A DNA stretch of 63,823 nt, filler included, from Phoronis australis (lineage: Eukaryota; Animalia; Phoronida): NCBI GenBank assembly GCA_002633005.1. It is 8 parts of 8 records of this genome, joined end to end, with 100 filler letters (N's around TTAATTAATTAA, not from the genome) between each part and the next. Parts side by side here need not be neighbours in the genome. Positions count along the whole stretch, not along the records: positions 40,165 to 57,739 come from NMRA01001484.1; positions 57,840 to 63,823 come from NMRA01000894.1; 6 more parts are not named here. One strand, 5' to 3'. A program made the translations under genes and the position numbers. Below the pieces are notes generated by a model, which was not told where the DNA came from, did no database searches, and saw only the letters and a list, made by a program, of their open reading frames with translations. Of this stretch, positions 50,817-62,642 are shown piece after piece; the stretch's first letter is position 1; each line of letters opens with the position of its first letter.

Positions 50817-51287
50817 TGTTCAATGCTAGTCACTGATCTCTTGTGTTCAACCCATGACGTCACATGGCGGGAAATGTGAAAATTGGCAAAATTGAAAGAA
50901 AAATCCAAATTTTGAGCTAATTACACAAAATAAACATGGGTTTAGCTAAATTTTACGTCATACATTTAGTCCGTGGCCACCGGTAATTCAAAATGTGCAA
51001 ANNNNNNNNNNNNNNNNNNNNNNNNNNNNNNNNNNNNNNNNNNNNNNNNNNNNNNNNNNNNNNNNNNNNNNNNNNNNNNNNNNNNNNNNNNNNNNNNNNN
51101 NNNNNNNNNNNNNNNNNNNNNNNNNNNNNNNNNNNNNNNNNNNNNNNNNNNNNNNNNNNNNNNNNNNNNNNNNNNNNNNNNNNNNNNNNNNNNNNNNNNN
51201 NNNNNNNNNNNNNNNNNNNNNNNNNNNNNNNNNNNNNNNNNNNNNNNNNNNNNNNNNNNNNNNNNNNNNNNNNNNNNNNNNNNNNNN

Positions 51288-51508
51288 GCGCCGTGTTCCG
51301 AATTTGACCCTTGAAATTGGATTTGAGCCCCCCCCCAACACTAAAACTGCACACATTTAAATCTTTTTTCATCCGTATAATTTTAATTGCCGGGGTTAAT
51401 TAATAAACTCAACATTTCCCCACGCTCTTACTGTTTTATTTTTTTGCGGCAGCCAAGGGGGGGGGGGGGCCCGGGCCCCCTGGGCCCCCCCCCCTAAATC
51501 CGCCTATG
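51288..51508. mobile_element. 3' part of a non-autonomous DNA element ending TCCGCCTATG, inserted in the Kolobok-like relic
   Basis: Last ~90 bp are homologous to 61664-61740; the 5' end is in the gap. Confidence 0.65.
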
Positions 51509-52097
51509 TAGTCACTGATCTCTTGTGTTCAACCCATGACGTCACATGGCGGGAAATGTGAAAATTGGCAAAATTGAAAGAAAAATCCAAATTTTGAGCT
51601 AATTACACAAAATAAACATGGGTTTAGCTAAAATTTACGTCATACATTTAGTCTGTGGCCACCGGTAATTCAAAATGTGCAAACATCCATGGTGTGTACT
51701 GTTTAAAACTGCCATATCTTTGAAGTTTCTGTATGTCAGCATTTTACTTTTTTGGTGCTTTGTTGTGCAGTTAATGTTTGGAAAAAATCATTACTTCGGA
51801 ATTTTGACTTGATGTAGATTGTTGAGCGTGCTGAGAGAATCTGGAAATTATAAATTCGTGAACATAAGTACTAGCTTTCCAAAAACGTACTTTATGACGG
51901 CGGCAGCATCGGTTGCTAAGATGATATACTGGTGTGACTGTTTCGCGGTTGTGTATCAAAATGGTGTTTGACAAAATACCAATTAGGATTAAATATCACC
52001 CGATGGAAATAATCTGCTCTTGGTGGTGAATGAAATACATGTACTACCGAGTCCGGTATGTTGACGCTATTATTTCACTTTTATTCCTTCGCAAGTC

Positions 52098-53241
52098 ATA
52101 TAGATTATTACATGGCGAAGTCGTTATCCCCCCCTTACCTAGAGCCCAAGTGGATTTTGGAGAATTATCGCCCGAGGGTGATAATACTACAAAATCCACG
52201 AGGGCTCTAGATAAGGGGGGTAACGACTGAGAACATGTAATAATCTATTTATACCAAATACTGAACGAGAAACATTGCAATGAATCGATCTACCTTTCTC
52301 GACTCGACTCGGCTTTGTAACTACTTTCTATGTCAGAGGACCGGGGTCGGAGGTCGTGAGCTTTTAAAAAAATCCGAGATATTTTTGTAAAATAATGCTT
52401 TTACTCCAAACCAATTGAAAAATAAAACAAAATAGAAATAAAGTGAATCTATGAATTAAGGCTTAGCAATTATTATAGCTTACTACACATTTTATCACGC
52501 TAAGCTTCGACCGGGAATATAATCGTCTGCTAAAGTAGGATACCACTAGTAACTGACTATAATGCTCAAGTCAAAGGACCCCGACGACACGATACCTGCA
52601 TTCAAATTGGAGATCAGTGATTTACAAGTGAGAGAGCACGAGAGAACAATTTCACTGAATTAAACTATCGTTTTTATGGAAACTAGGCGTGTTATTTTTC
52701 ACAGCGTATAAATGTCGGTGCAATGCCCGTTGCTGAACATGCTAACGCCCCTCGGGCGATAATTCTCCTAAATCCACTCGGGCTCTAGACTTCGCCATGT
52801 AATAATCTATATCTATACCACAATATTAGCCTCGAATGGCAGATACAATCGTGTAATAACCGATGAAGTCACTTATTTAGTGAGATAACATTTTGACGGG
52901 AAACCGAGGCCGGATTCGAACCCGGGCCTCAATAGTTGCGAGTCGCCGACTTTACCACTACACCACTCAGCGGCTGACGCCATCGAACGTGAAATTAGAA
53001 TACTTAAGTGAGCACGCGGAACAATGGCATGTTCAGCAAAGGGCATTGCACCGGCATTTATACGCTATGAAAAGCAAGACGCATAATTTCCATAAAACGA
53101 TATTTTAATTCAGTGAAAATTTTCTCTTGTGTTCTCTCACTTGTAAATCAGAGATCTCCAATTTGAATGCGATAATTCTCCAAAATCCACTCGGGCTCTA
53201 GATAACGGGGGATAACGACTTCGCCATGTAATAATCTATAT
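52098..53241. mobile_element. Foldback non-autonomous element, Crypton-like architecture
   Basis: Terminal ATATAGATTATTACATGGCGAAGTCGTTATCCCCC inverted at 53170-53241; ~150-bp terminal hairpin 52098-52248; internal terminus copy 52747-52812; second inverted pair 52597-52661 / 53107-53170. Confidence 0.6.
52903..52971 (-). pseudogene. tRNA-derived sequence (Ala-CGC-like; pseudo-tRNA or SINE head)
   Basis: Minus strand GCTGAG-TGGTGTAGTGG(A box)...CTCGCAA loop...CCGGGTTCGAATCCGG(B box)-CCTCGGT. Acceptor and T arms pair, the anticodon stem does not. Confidence 0.7.
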
Positions 53242-55908
53242 TTATAAATATTTATTAAATGACGCAAAGCGTGTATACGATAACAACAAGAAAGGAAAAA
53301 CCAACCACGCTCAGAAGAAGAAATATGATTTTTCGCATACTAGTTAACGCCAATTTAAAACCTTGTATTTTTTCAGATAATTCCCCAAAAGGTACTCCGC
53401 TTTTAGTAACATAGACATTTACATTGTCTCTGACGAACACACAGGTTTATATTTTTTTAAAGGAAATATTTTTCAAACTAGTATAACCGATGATCTAACA
53501 TTTTATATTCCAATTTGTGAAAAAACACAAGTCAGAGTGTTCCCCCCAAAGAAACCCATCCTGTTACGACACCAATAGTCGCCGTTGCATATATTGTGAA
53601 TGGTAGCATTTCATCAGTTTTTTCTCGCACTCGAAAGAAAAAAACTTTTCTTTTTATTCTTATTTGGTGATACTTTCAACTCAGTATGCAAAAAGTCTTG
53701 TAATTTTGAGCATAGCTCTTTTTTCAATTCCGCCAATCACCACCAGATGGTTCTGGAATATTAACTCAACGCCCCTTTCAAAAATTTCCCTCTTCAAAAT
53801 AAGAAGGTGTCATCATTCGACATGTTTAAAATGTCTCTCTAAATTTACAAATAGATTCTTTCAAGAAACATGCGAGACAAAATGTACAGAGCTTACGGGA
53901 TGTTTCATACCATTCAAAGTTGCAATTATTATAAGTCAAGTTCTTATAATTCACAGTGGTATTATTTAAAACTGCGTTTCCTCAGTATTTAGCTGCTAAA
54001 TTACGAAACATGCATTAAACTGCTTAAAAGCTCATAAGCTCATCAAACTGGCCACATAGCATTACATTTACGTAAAATAGTGCGTAGTAAAAAGACGAAA
54101 TTCGGTATTCAATTCTATTGAAATGATTTAAAATATTCCCCACGCTTCAAACCGCACTCTCTCTATTAAAGAGGACTGTAACGCGATAAACAGACTAAAC
54201 TGCAATATTAAAAAATGTTCTCTGCCACTGAAACAGAATTCAACCTGCTCACCAGGTATTTTTATGGTTTGTCCGTAAAGATTTTTAGTTTCTGTTAATA
54301 TCAAAGCATTTTCTTTTAGTTTCAAATTTCCAAAAACGATCTGTCAACTACTTTCCACTTCGTCGATTTTTCTCCCACAAGGCAAAGCAAGTCTCCATAT
54401 TTGGTGTGGCAAGACATAGAAGTAGCACATTTCTTTTATATGGAAAATGTGACCTTTGACGTCAAGCGAGTTCAAGCAAATAACAGTGAGCACATGCGCG
54501 CATTTATCATAAGTGGGAGTAAGACTAAAATCTCTGTGCTAACCAGAGTTTTTCCTTCGCGCGTTTTTCAAAAATCTTGAACTTTGTGATTTTTCTGGAA
54601 ATTTCCTCACAGGAGAAACTGAATTACCCTCTACTAGAGGTTGCGAGATGGTACTTTCGTCAGGAATTGTTTAAAAGATATTTTTGACGAGCTTTCACGC
54701 TCCATGCCTCTTTAAGGGCACGATACAGATTACCGATTAGAGGACAAACAATTACATGAGTTAAGAAAGATACGTGTCATGACATTATAGTTACTGCGAT
54801 GGGATTTTTTAAAAGTAGTTTGACAGTAATACATACGAATGAAGGACACATTGACACACACACACACGCGCCACTCGCACGCGCCACACGCACATGCGCA
54901 CGCACACAAGCAAAATTCGAGACAAGATTCTAAATATAACATTACCTAATAATAAAAAAAAACAAAAAAAAAACAAAGGAGACATAGAGGACGATCTCCT
55001 ACAATTTTTTTCGTATTCACGGTTTCTGACATAGATACATTTTTCGATTTGAATGTATTGTAAAAAGTTCTTCCTAAACAGTTCAATATTCAAGGAGTAA
55101 CATTTCTGAGCCTTTGGCGGTAAACGTGATACTTTCCTAAACAAATGAGTACATTAATTATATCCTATTCGTGTAGTTTACCAAAGAAAACACCCGTCGA
55201 CGAGAAGATACAATCTGCACTTTTGAAAACAATCAATGCCAGCAAACCACAAAGCTTTCGTTGCAACCAAAGTAAAGATAAGTAACATTCTGTCGATTAT
55301 TAAAACACTTGCAAAGGTCTGTCTCTTGGATACCAATTTTGACCAGAAAGTCGTTTGTGGCGACAGTTCGATGAAAAAAGCTAACCTGAAACCACTATAA
55401 TCTCGGATCGTCAGTATAATTAAGGGAGCAAACATAAATTTCCCTCCACCCGTCACGAAAGTTAATTTGTAATTCCAACATCAGCTCATGTATTGTCCCT
55501 TTTTGAAAATTCTTTCATTTACTTAATGTCTGTCATCTGTGATAGTACTTGAGTTCCTTAACAGTGAACTCACAAAAACGGTTGGACAGCCCGCGAATTC
55601 GAAAAATGCCAGTGTCTATAGAATGTCTTAGAGTTCTATGCTGTGTCTATACATCACCAGCAAGTTCAGAAAAGCGTGGAAATGTTTTCAATCCCGAAGT
55701 GCATCAGTTAAGATTTCAACATTGGCAGCCAAACAGCGTCCCAGTCGAGACCCCTTTTTCAATTGCCATGCCCGAGTTCCAGCCCTTCGACTTCTCGCTT
55801 TACTGCCATGAAGCATTACATGGGCGGCGCAGCACTGAAAAAAGTGGGGACTAGCCCCCNNNNNNNGCCCCCCCCCCCCCAGCCCCCTATCGTGCGTGTG
55901 TGTCGTTC

Positions 55909-55944
55909 TGTATTGTATTGTATTGTATTGTATTGTATTGTATT
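55909..55944 (+). repeat. (TATTG)n microsatellite
   Basis: About 7 pentamer units. Confidence 0.9.
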
Positions 55945-57839
55945 CATTGTGTTGCATTTTTTTCTAGTGCTACTGCACAGGCCATGAATTTCCTGACGAC
56001 TCGACACAAGTGTATCGTGGACCTGTCGTCGACCTGTCGGAAATTTATATTTTTATTAATTAGCCGACTTGACTGCTATTCATTATAAAAGCACTAATTA
56101 TGTGTTTTGGTGAGACAGGCAGGCAGACTAGTGCAGTACAGAATTCAACGCACACTTGTACTGCTGATTCTTTGCTGGCAACAAGCCATTTCAATTTTAT
56201 TGCTGCCTGCTGTTATCAGGCCGTAACTTCTGGGGGGGGGGTTGTGTTGTGTAAAACTGAACAAAATTATACGAGGAAAAAAAAAGCTGGGTAAAAAGCG
56301 CCTTTCAAGAGTGTCTTAATTTGAAAATTTTTCAAAATGGCTTCGTTTGGGCTTTAATTCATTTGCATTAAATTTGCAGTACCCATAAATGTGGGTTTTC
56401 TTAGTATTGTTGTCATTTCTGTCTCACTATGGATGTCTTCCACGTGCCGTTCTGCGTAAAAATAAAAGGGCTGTAAAAGAATATGAAGGACGCACAAATT
56501 AATGAACACGTCATTTACAACGCTTCGTATTAAGTTCACATATAGATTATAGACAACAGATTCGCCATTCCGACTTTTTCTTTCGTACCATCCCAGGGGA
56601 GGCGCCACCCTCCTAAATTATCTGCTCTAGTTTCCGGTTAGTGTATTGTGACAGGAAATTGTCGCATCTATTTTACTGTCCAGTACAACGAGAAAAATTC
56701 GGCATTGAAACGCTGTTCAAAGTCTTCCATTAGTAGAACTGTTGGTACCGTGAGTACTTTTAGCAATGCTACTACCACCCGACCAAATAACAGCCGTCCA
56801 TGATTAGCAGACGACGTACTTGCCGGAAATAATATCAGATAAATTGGCCAAGTGTCGCTAGTGAATAATGACGTAACGGCTTGTGCGTAAGACCACAGAT
56901 TCCGTCCATTGGAAGTATACGGAGTTGGCGGTCCGTGCACTTTCAAGTTAGTTTCAGCCAGACAGACGAGCTGCACGCTAAGTGCAGTGTTCGTCAGCAG
57001 TTAGAACAAAGGCCTGTTATCCGGGTTCAGGTGTGTCCTCTGAAATAAGCGGTTTGGCAACAAAATGCTACGAAAACAACAGCATTTTTGGGTAACTCAC
57101 ACCGCTAGTACAGTATAAGAAACATCTCACAATACTGCTTGGTTAGTAGCTATAGGTATAGAACGCCAATTGTTATCGTTTTTTCAACAATCAGTTAACA
57201 GTGATTGCATTTCGATTATCAGTAATTGCATTTGTTGCTATCAATAATGGCTGATAATTAATTATTAAAGAAAAACTCACAACAACGGCAAAACAATTAT
57301 AACTACAATACACAGGATATAGTTTTTAAAATAAGACAATTAACAATCAATTTGTCAGAGATTATACTTTGGAAGAAAGTTAGATTACATCGTAAACTAA
57401 AGCCACACCATTGTGACGTAATTGACTCGTGTCTTTAACAATACCAGTTCCTCTGCGTATCTGCTGTTTTAATAGATGGATTTGCAATTGTAATACAATA
57501 CAAAATACAATCAGCACGTACGTGATGAGTGACGAAAATACGGATAAATTAACTTTATTTACAACACTGGTATAGACCCCAATAAATGGAAACTATATTT
57601 TGGACAAGGAACAATGATATGCGCGAGATATTGACATAAAAAGATTAGTTGTTAATCTATGAGAATCTATGTTAGAAGAAAGCAGAACATCTAACATGTC
57701 TGTTTCATGAAAGTGGGGAGGGAGTGGGGGTTTGGGGGGNNNNNNNNNNNNNNNNNNNNNNNNNNNNNNNNNNNNNNNNNNNNTTAATTAATTAANNNNN
57801 NNNNNNNNNNNNNNNNNNNNNNNNNNNNNNNNNNNNNNN

Positions 57840-58396
57840 AAGTCCCGATTTTACAGTGTCCACTGACACCCCCAGGCAATTCGCTATGGCTCGGTTGGTC
57901 ATCTTTGCTTTAGTTAAAAACAGGAGTTGTTCTTTGGATATGTTCTTCTTTGGACCTCCTATTTTCCCATTACACATCCAAGGTGCTGTGTATCCATATA
58001 GAGCTACAATTGACCAGAGTACAGATATTTAATTTTCCATAGAAACTATAACATGCGTTACACTTTAAAACAAGTTTATTTCTCAAAATTTCTCCAAGAA
58101 ATTTATTTTTTCACAGAAAACAATTGCAAATGTACAGAGTAGCCTGTGCTTAAATATTGAAGAATAGGTGATTGTGCGAATACATTATTTTTGGATGTAG
58201 GCACACGAGCCTCATTTGCACAGAAGGTTTTAAGTACTTAACTGCTATGTTGCACAAGGTACCTGTGTTATTACTTTCCAGTAATGTTTTTGCCTCATGA
58301 CGTAGTTGTGACAGGAGACCAGTAATACGCTCCGACTCGTTCTCTGTGCATAGACTGCCACTGCCTCTAAGCACATTAGTCATCAATTGTTCACAT
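57840..58396 (-). pseudogene. IS3EU-like transposase N-terminal exons (HTH)
   Basis: GGPKKNISKEQLLFL..AKMTNRAIANCLGVSVDTVK matches the GRP..I..EQL..L...IA..LGVS..TV HTH; splice acceptors at ~58397 and ~58004. Confidence 0.65.
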
Positions 58397-59039
58397 CTGA
58401 AATAACATGTAATGTAGACCCAGTCAACACATAGACAGCGACAGTTTAATTTGAATTTCGTTGATGCTCCTTTCCCAAATTAGGCTGCCTGTACCTAGTA
58501 CAATTGTGAGGTATGATGTGAAGCACAATTCGTTAACTCATTCGACCCTGAGCACCATATGGCATAAACAGCTTAATAGGCTGGCTTAGCTGTGGAATGT
58601 CTACCCCTTGAAGTCGGAGGGTATTTCACTCAGAACTAGGTCAGAAGCACTGCACATAATTAAAACCTCGTTACTCAGTCATTAGTAAACATATACTTAC
58701 CAAATTTTCAGCAACTCATCTTGAGTAAATGAGCTTCATGATGATATAAAATTTATCCAAGTTCACTATTGATAAAGGGTTCAACAAATAGTTTTACTTT
58801 TTGTTTTCCAGAAACAAAGATATTTATGTACAAATAATCCATTTAAATTTCCAGAAAAGATGTCAAGAAAGCTTTCCATGTGTCATATTCCCGTCATAAT
58901 CTAGATCACTGAAATCTGTATCTAAATCTGACCACTCAGTGCTATAANTGTGCCTTGTGTGTGTGTGTTTTTGGTGAGTGTTCCTCGCACAACGCATTTT
59001 CCTTTCAATATTCTAATGTAGTTGTCTCTTTGTGTATAC

Positions 59040-59700
59040 AGTGTATATGCTTCAACGGCTCCCTTGAAGAACTGTGCTTGACTTGTTGTTGTTTGCTGCC
59101 TGCGTAAAGGTGATCAACCTACTGTAGCCATCCACCCCACCATGAATAACTATGCCCCAACTGGAAGTAATGTCAGTAGTAGTAAATGGGAATGAACGTA
59201 AAGGTAAACGCTTGAACGTAATGAAAAGCCGACAGAGTAGTTCAATTTTTTAAAACTTGACATAAAATTGACACAATCTCACGCACATTAACCTTTTTGT
59301 TGTTACAAATGGGAAATATTTTAATGACTGCACGCGTTGTTACAAAGGCTGCACTCTTGAATTAGGCATTTGTAGCATAAAAGTACGAAAATGGAGTACC
59401 TCGCCAAATTAACATATACCTTATTAACTTATTGTTCCCGTCTATATGCCAAAGAGAGTTGGGGGCGCGTACATTGTAAGTGCGCCTGTGTAGTTGCGCA
59501 CCAACTGAGCGCATGACGCATCCGGCAGGATCAACTCGGTGAAGTGCTTCTCTGACCCTTGATCGTGGTACAAAAGCGCCCTTGCCTTGTAGGCGAGCTT
59601 TCACAGCATTTGGGCCGATTTTTCTGTTTCCTTCAATGGCCCGTTCAACCTCTATTAGTTCTCCAAGCGAATAGACGTATTATATTTTACTCTCATCTGT
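59040..59700 (-). pseudogene. IS3EU-like integrase-core transposase fragment with an intron
   Basis: RSRVREALHRVDPAG...RRTYNVRAPNSLWHIDGNNKLI, GT-AG intron 59419-59161, then WGIVIHGGVDGYSRLITF...NNKSSTVL; frameshifted afterwards. Confidence 0.82.
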
Positions 59701-59754
59701 GTTGTTTTACTGGTTCTACGAACACAACAAGCCCCTATATGGCCAACCGAGGGG

Positions 59755-59975
59755 CTACGTGTTGCTTACTAGATAGCCCCGCGTTGGTTTGAATTCGTTA
59801 AATCTCCCCTTACTCCCAGCTCTCCTAATGTTGTTTATCCATTTTTCACGAAGTTCTTGGTTTGCAGGGAACACACAAAAACTCAGATTTTTATATCTCT
59901 TGTTTTTTAAGCAGCCAGGAACACAACAAGTGTATCCGCCGTAAGTTTTCTTCGCGCTAATACCGTGTATTATGC
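59755..59975 (-). pseudogene. THAP-domain transposase N-terminus relic
   Basis: GGYTCCVPGCLKNKRYKNLSFCVFPANQELREKWINNIRR...FKPT; truncated before CS.HF. Confidence 0.78.
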
Positions 59976-61411
59976 TTGTTACGATGGCCTCTTTCGGAAT
60001 CCTGACCACAGCACCCACAATGCACCATTTTAGCCTAATTTCAATATGGCGTCGCAGCAAATCCGCTAACCATTCTGCCCTGCGTCATCACGTCCCTGTG
60101 CGCTTCTCTCAAGTAGCTCTTGGTGTCCTCTTTAGGAGACTATTGCGCGTGCGTATTACTGGAATTGTTATGAGAAGTTACTGAGAGCAACACATTTACC
60201 AATATGAAAAGGAATTCTTTAAAATTGTAGGAGAAATTACATGTTAATATTTTGATGACCTTTCCACCAATTGACCTCTTCCGGTGCATTATAAGCCCCG
60301 ATGAGGGAATAATTGTAAACTCGATTAAAAGTGTCAGTGGTTAATGATAAGAATCATAGATGTTTTACTTTAATCATTTCGGAATACAAGATGAATGCAT
60401 TGGTCAAACTATCAGAAGAAAAATGCACCTAATGACCCATGGGTGCACCAAATGACCTGAAAATTTAGAATTCAAACTCGATCGCATTTACTAAACAGAT
60501 ATTTAATTTTGAAGTCTCCAGCTCAAAATTTTAGTTCGCACTCAATGACCTTCGACCTATTTATTAGTTGGTTAGGCCTATTGAGTAGTAAAGTAGGGTG
60601 GCAGATGGGCATGTTGACTTACACCAAAGTGCTGAAAATGAAAAGAATTCCTTGAAAAATATAGGATATAACATTTTAAACGTTAGATGACCTTTGCACT
60701 AATTGACCCTCTCCGGTGCATTATAAGCGTCTTTAGGAGAATTGACTTATCGTAAGCTCCGCCCCTATGCGAAAAGTCACGTGATACCCGACAATCGAAT
60801 GAGATGTCAGAGGCAAATACACTGTCGCTAAACGACAGATCCTGGTGGAATCGATGAGTGTTTTTGCATTATTTGAAGACGCTTCGACAGAGAATCGTAC
60901 GTTCATGATATGGGAATTTGTTAAGGTTACGATGAAAAAATAAGTGCTCGAGGAGCCAGCGAAAATCCGAAGAACCCCTCGGCCTCGGGGTTCACCTTCA
61001 CCTGACAAATGACAAGGCCACTGATACGATATGTTCATGTAAAGCTGGGTATCTACCTTAAAGTCGAATTACCTGTACGATTCCATAGATTTCATGATCT
61101 TTCGAATAAAATCAGTGAAGATTTACCGATATTTTTATTCTGTCGTCTGCTAAATTTCGCCAAATGAAAAGTAGGTCACAATTGGTGGGACTCTTGGAGT
61201 AAAGTAGGTCATAGATTACAGACAACACATGCACTATAGTCCCTGACTAGGTCGACTCGATAGCACTGTATACGCTTTTCTAATCTTGTAGAAAATATTT
61301 TGATCAAAAAATTCTGGTTCATAGCTCAGGTACACACTCATCTCGTCTTAGGCAAACATTTAGCTCCGGTAGGTCTAGGGCTGTGTCTAATTCAAATTAA
61401 TGTCTGGAATT

Positions 61412-61740
61412 CAGTGGCGGATATAGGATACCACAAGGGGGGCCCAACATGTTGCCTCGTGGAATTGGATAAAGTGCGATTGTATGTGCACAGGCGGCCC
61501 GAAAGTTGCAGGGACCGGGGATGTAGACCTTTGGACCTCCTGTTCAGAAAATCTATCGATGGACAAAAAACAGGAACACGATTCCGCCGCGATCTGGCCG
61601 GGGTCTGAGCCCCCCTCTCCAGCTACCGATCCTAGTTATTGAATTCAATATTTCCTCACGCTTCACGCTCTTGCTGTTTCATTTTGTTTGCGGCAGCCAA
61701 GGGGGGGGGGGGCTGTCCTCCCCCGTATAATCCGTCTATG
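61412..61740. mobile_element. 329-bp non-autonomous DNA element with 5-bp TSD
   Basis: Termini CAGTGGCGGAT ... ATCCGTCTATG; GAATT on both flanks (61407-11, 61741-45). Confidence 0.72.
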
Positions 61741-62429
61741 GAATTGTCCATTTGCACCATTAAGACATTTAAGTTAGGCCTACCTTCTGATGAACTTGGC
61801 ATTGTTTTGTAGTTTCATTCCATAAAGGTAGCTTTCATTTAATTTTGAAGGTAGCAAGATCACTAAGTCGTGGTATGCTTCCAAAAGATCACAAGTACGT
61901 CTGGTGTGGTAGTTGCAAAAATATGGTATTTACCAAAATAACTCAAATTCTTTTTTAAAGCTTCATAAATCTAAATATCGTGTTTGAACAACTTCAAAAT
62001 GAGCTCTCTCTAGCTCTACAGACATAGTGTATACTAGAGGTACACGTCAAAAAGTAATTCAACGGTTTGTTTTTTAGTGACAAAAGCTCGACCAAAGCTT
62101 TGAGTTCCGGCAGTAATCCAGTGCCCCTCCCTGTCCCAATCGAATCTCTGAATTTTTACCGGGAGAGAAGTTCAGTTGAACGCCGGCCAGCCTACGGGTT
62201 TATGAATAACGAAAATGTACTTCTTATACGAAACAAAATAATGTCCGTTAGGTTGAAATAAATAAAAAAACATAAAATAAAAATGTCCCTGAAAACAATT
62301 TCCCGGGACTACCGCTAGAGTGCTGAGATCCAGCAGGTGCCGAGACAAAGGCGGCCAGACGTAATAAACTCGGGAGTCAAAATCTGAGATAGCCCTGCAC
62401 CATAGCCGCCAAGTTGAAAAGTGCGTATC

Positions 62430-62642
62430 TTGGAACTAAAATATATGTGTTTATTATAGCCTTCGAGTTATCAAGCAACATCGCTAGGTTCAGCTGCTCG
62501 TGTGGCCGTACAGTTTGAAACGGTTTACGCTTTTCCACCTCATTTTTTGGCTTAGGACATGCCAAAAAATGACGGGATATTATTCTGGAGCAGCGTAACG
62601 GCTGTCGGTGCTACACACGCCATATCAACACCGTTTCACCAT
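62430..62642 (-). pseudogene. THAP-domain relic (MVKRC.WG.C.SD.RY type)
   Basis: From ATG at 62642: MVKRC*YGVCSTDSRY, then after a frameshift PKPKNEVEK...RPHEQLN...TYI; in-frame stops. Confidence 0.65.

Larger units (their letters stand above)
50062..51702. mobile_element. Kolobok-like internally deleted DNA transposon
   Basis: TTAA on both flanks (50058-61, 51703-06); imperfect TIR AGTGTACACAACATG / CATGGTGTGTACTGT; convergent THAP ORF relic and acidic second ORF. Confidence 0.65.

Noticed and set aside
52903-52971. Functional tRNA-Ala gene
   Set aside because: Anticodon stem is unpaired, acceptor stem is short, and it is embedded in a repeat; kept only as tRNA-derived.
53250-54400. Possible decayed coding or viral sequence on the minus strand
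   Set aside because: Many stops in all frames and no recognisable motif.
54853-54908. Alternating purine-pyrimidine tract (Z-DNA potential)
   Set aside because: Degenerate CA/CG microsatellite with nothing linking it to a function.
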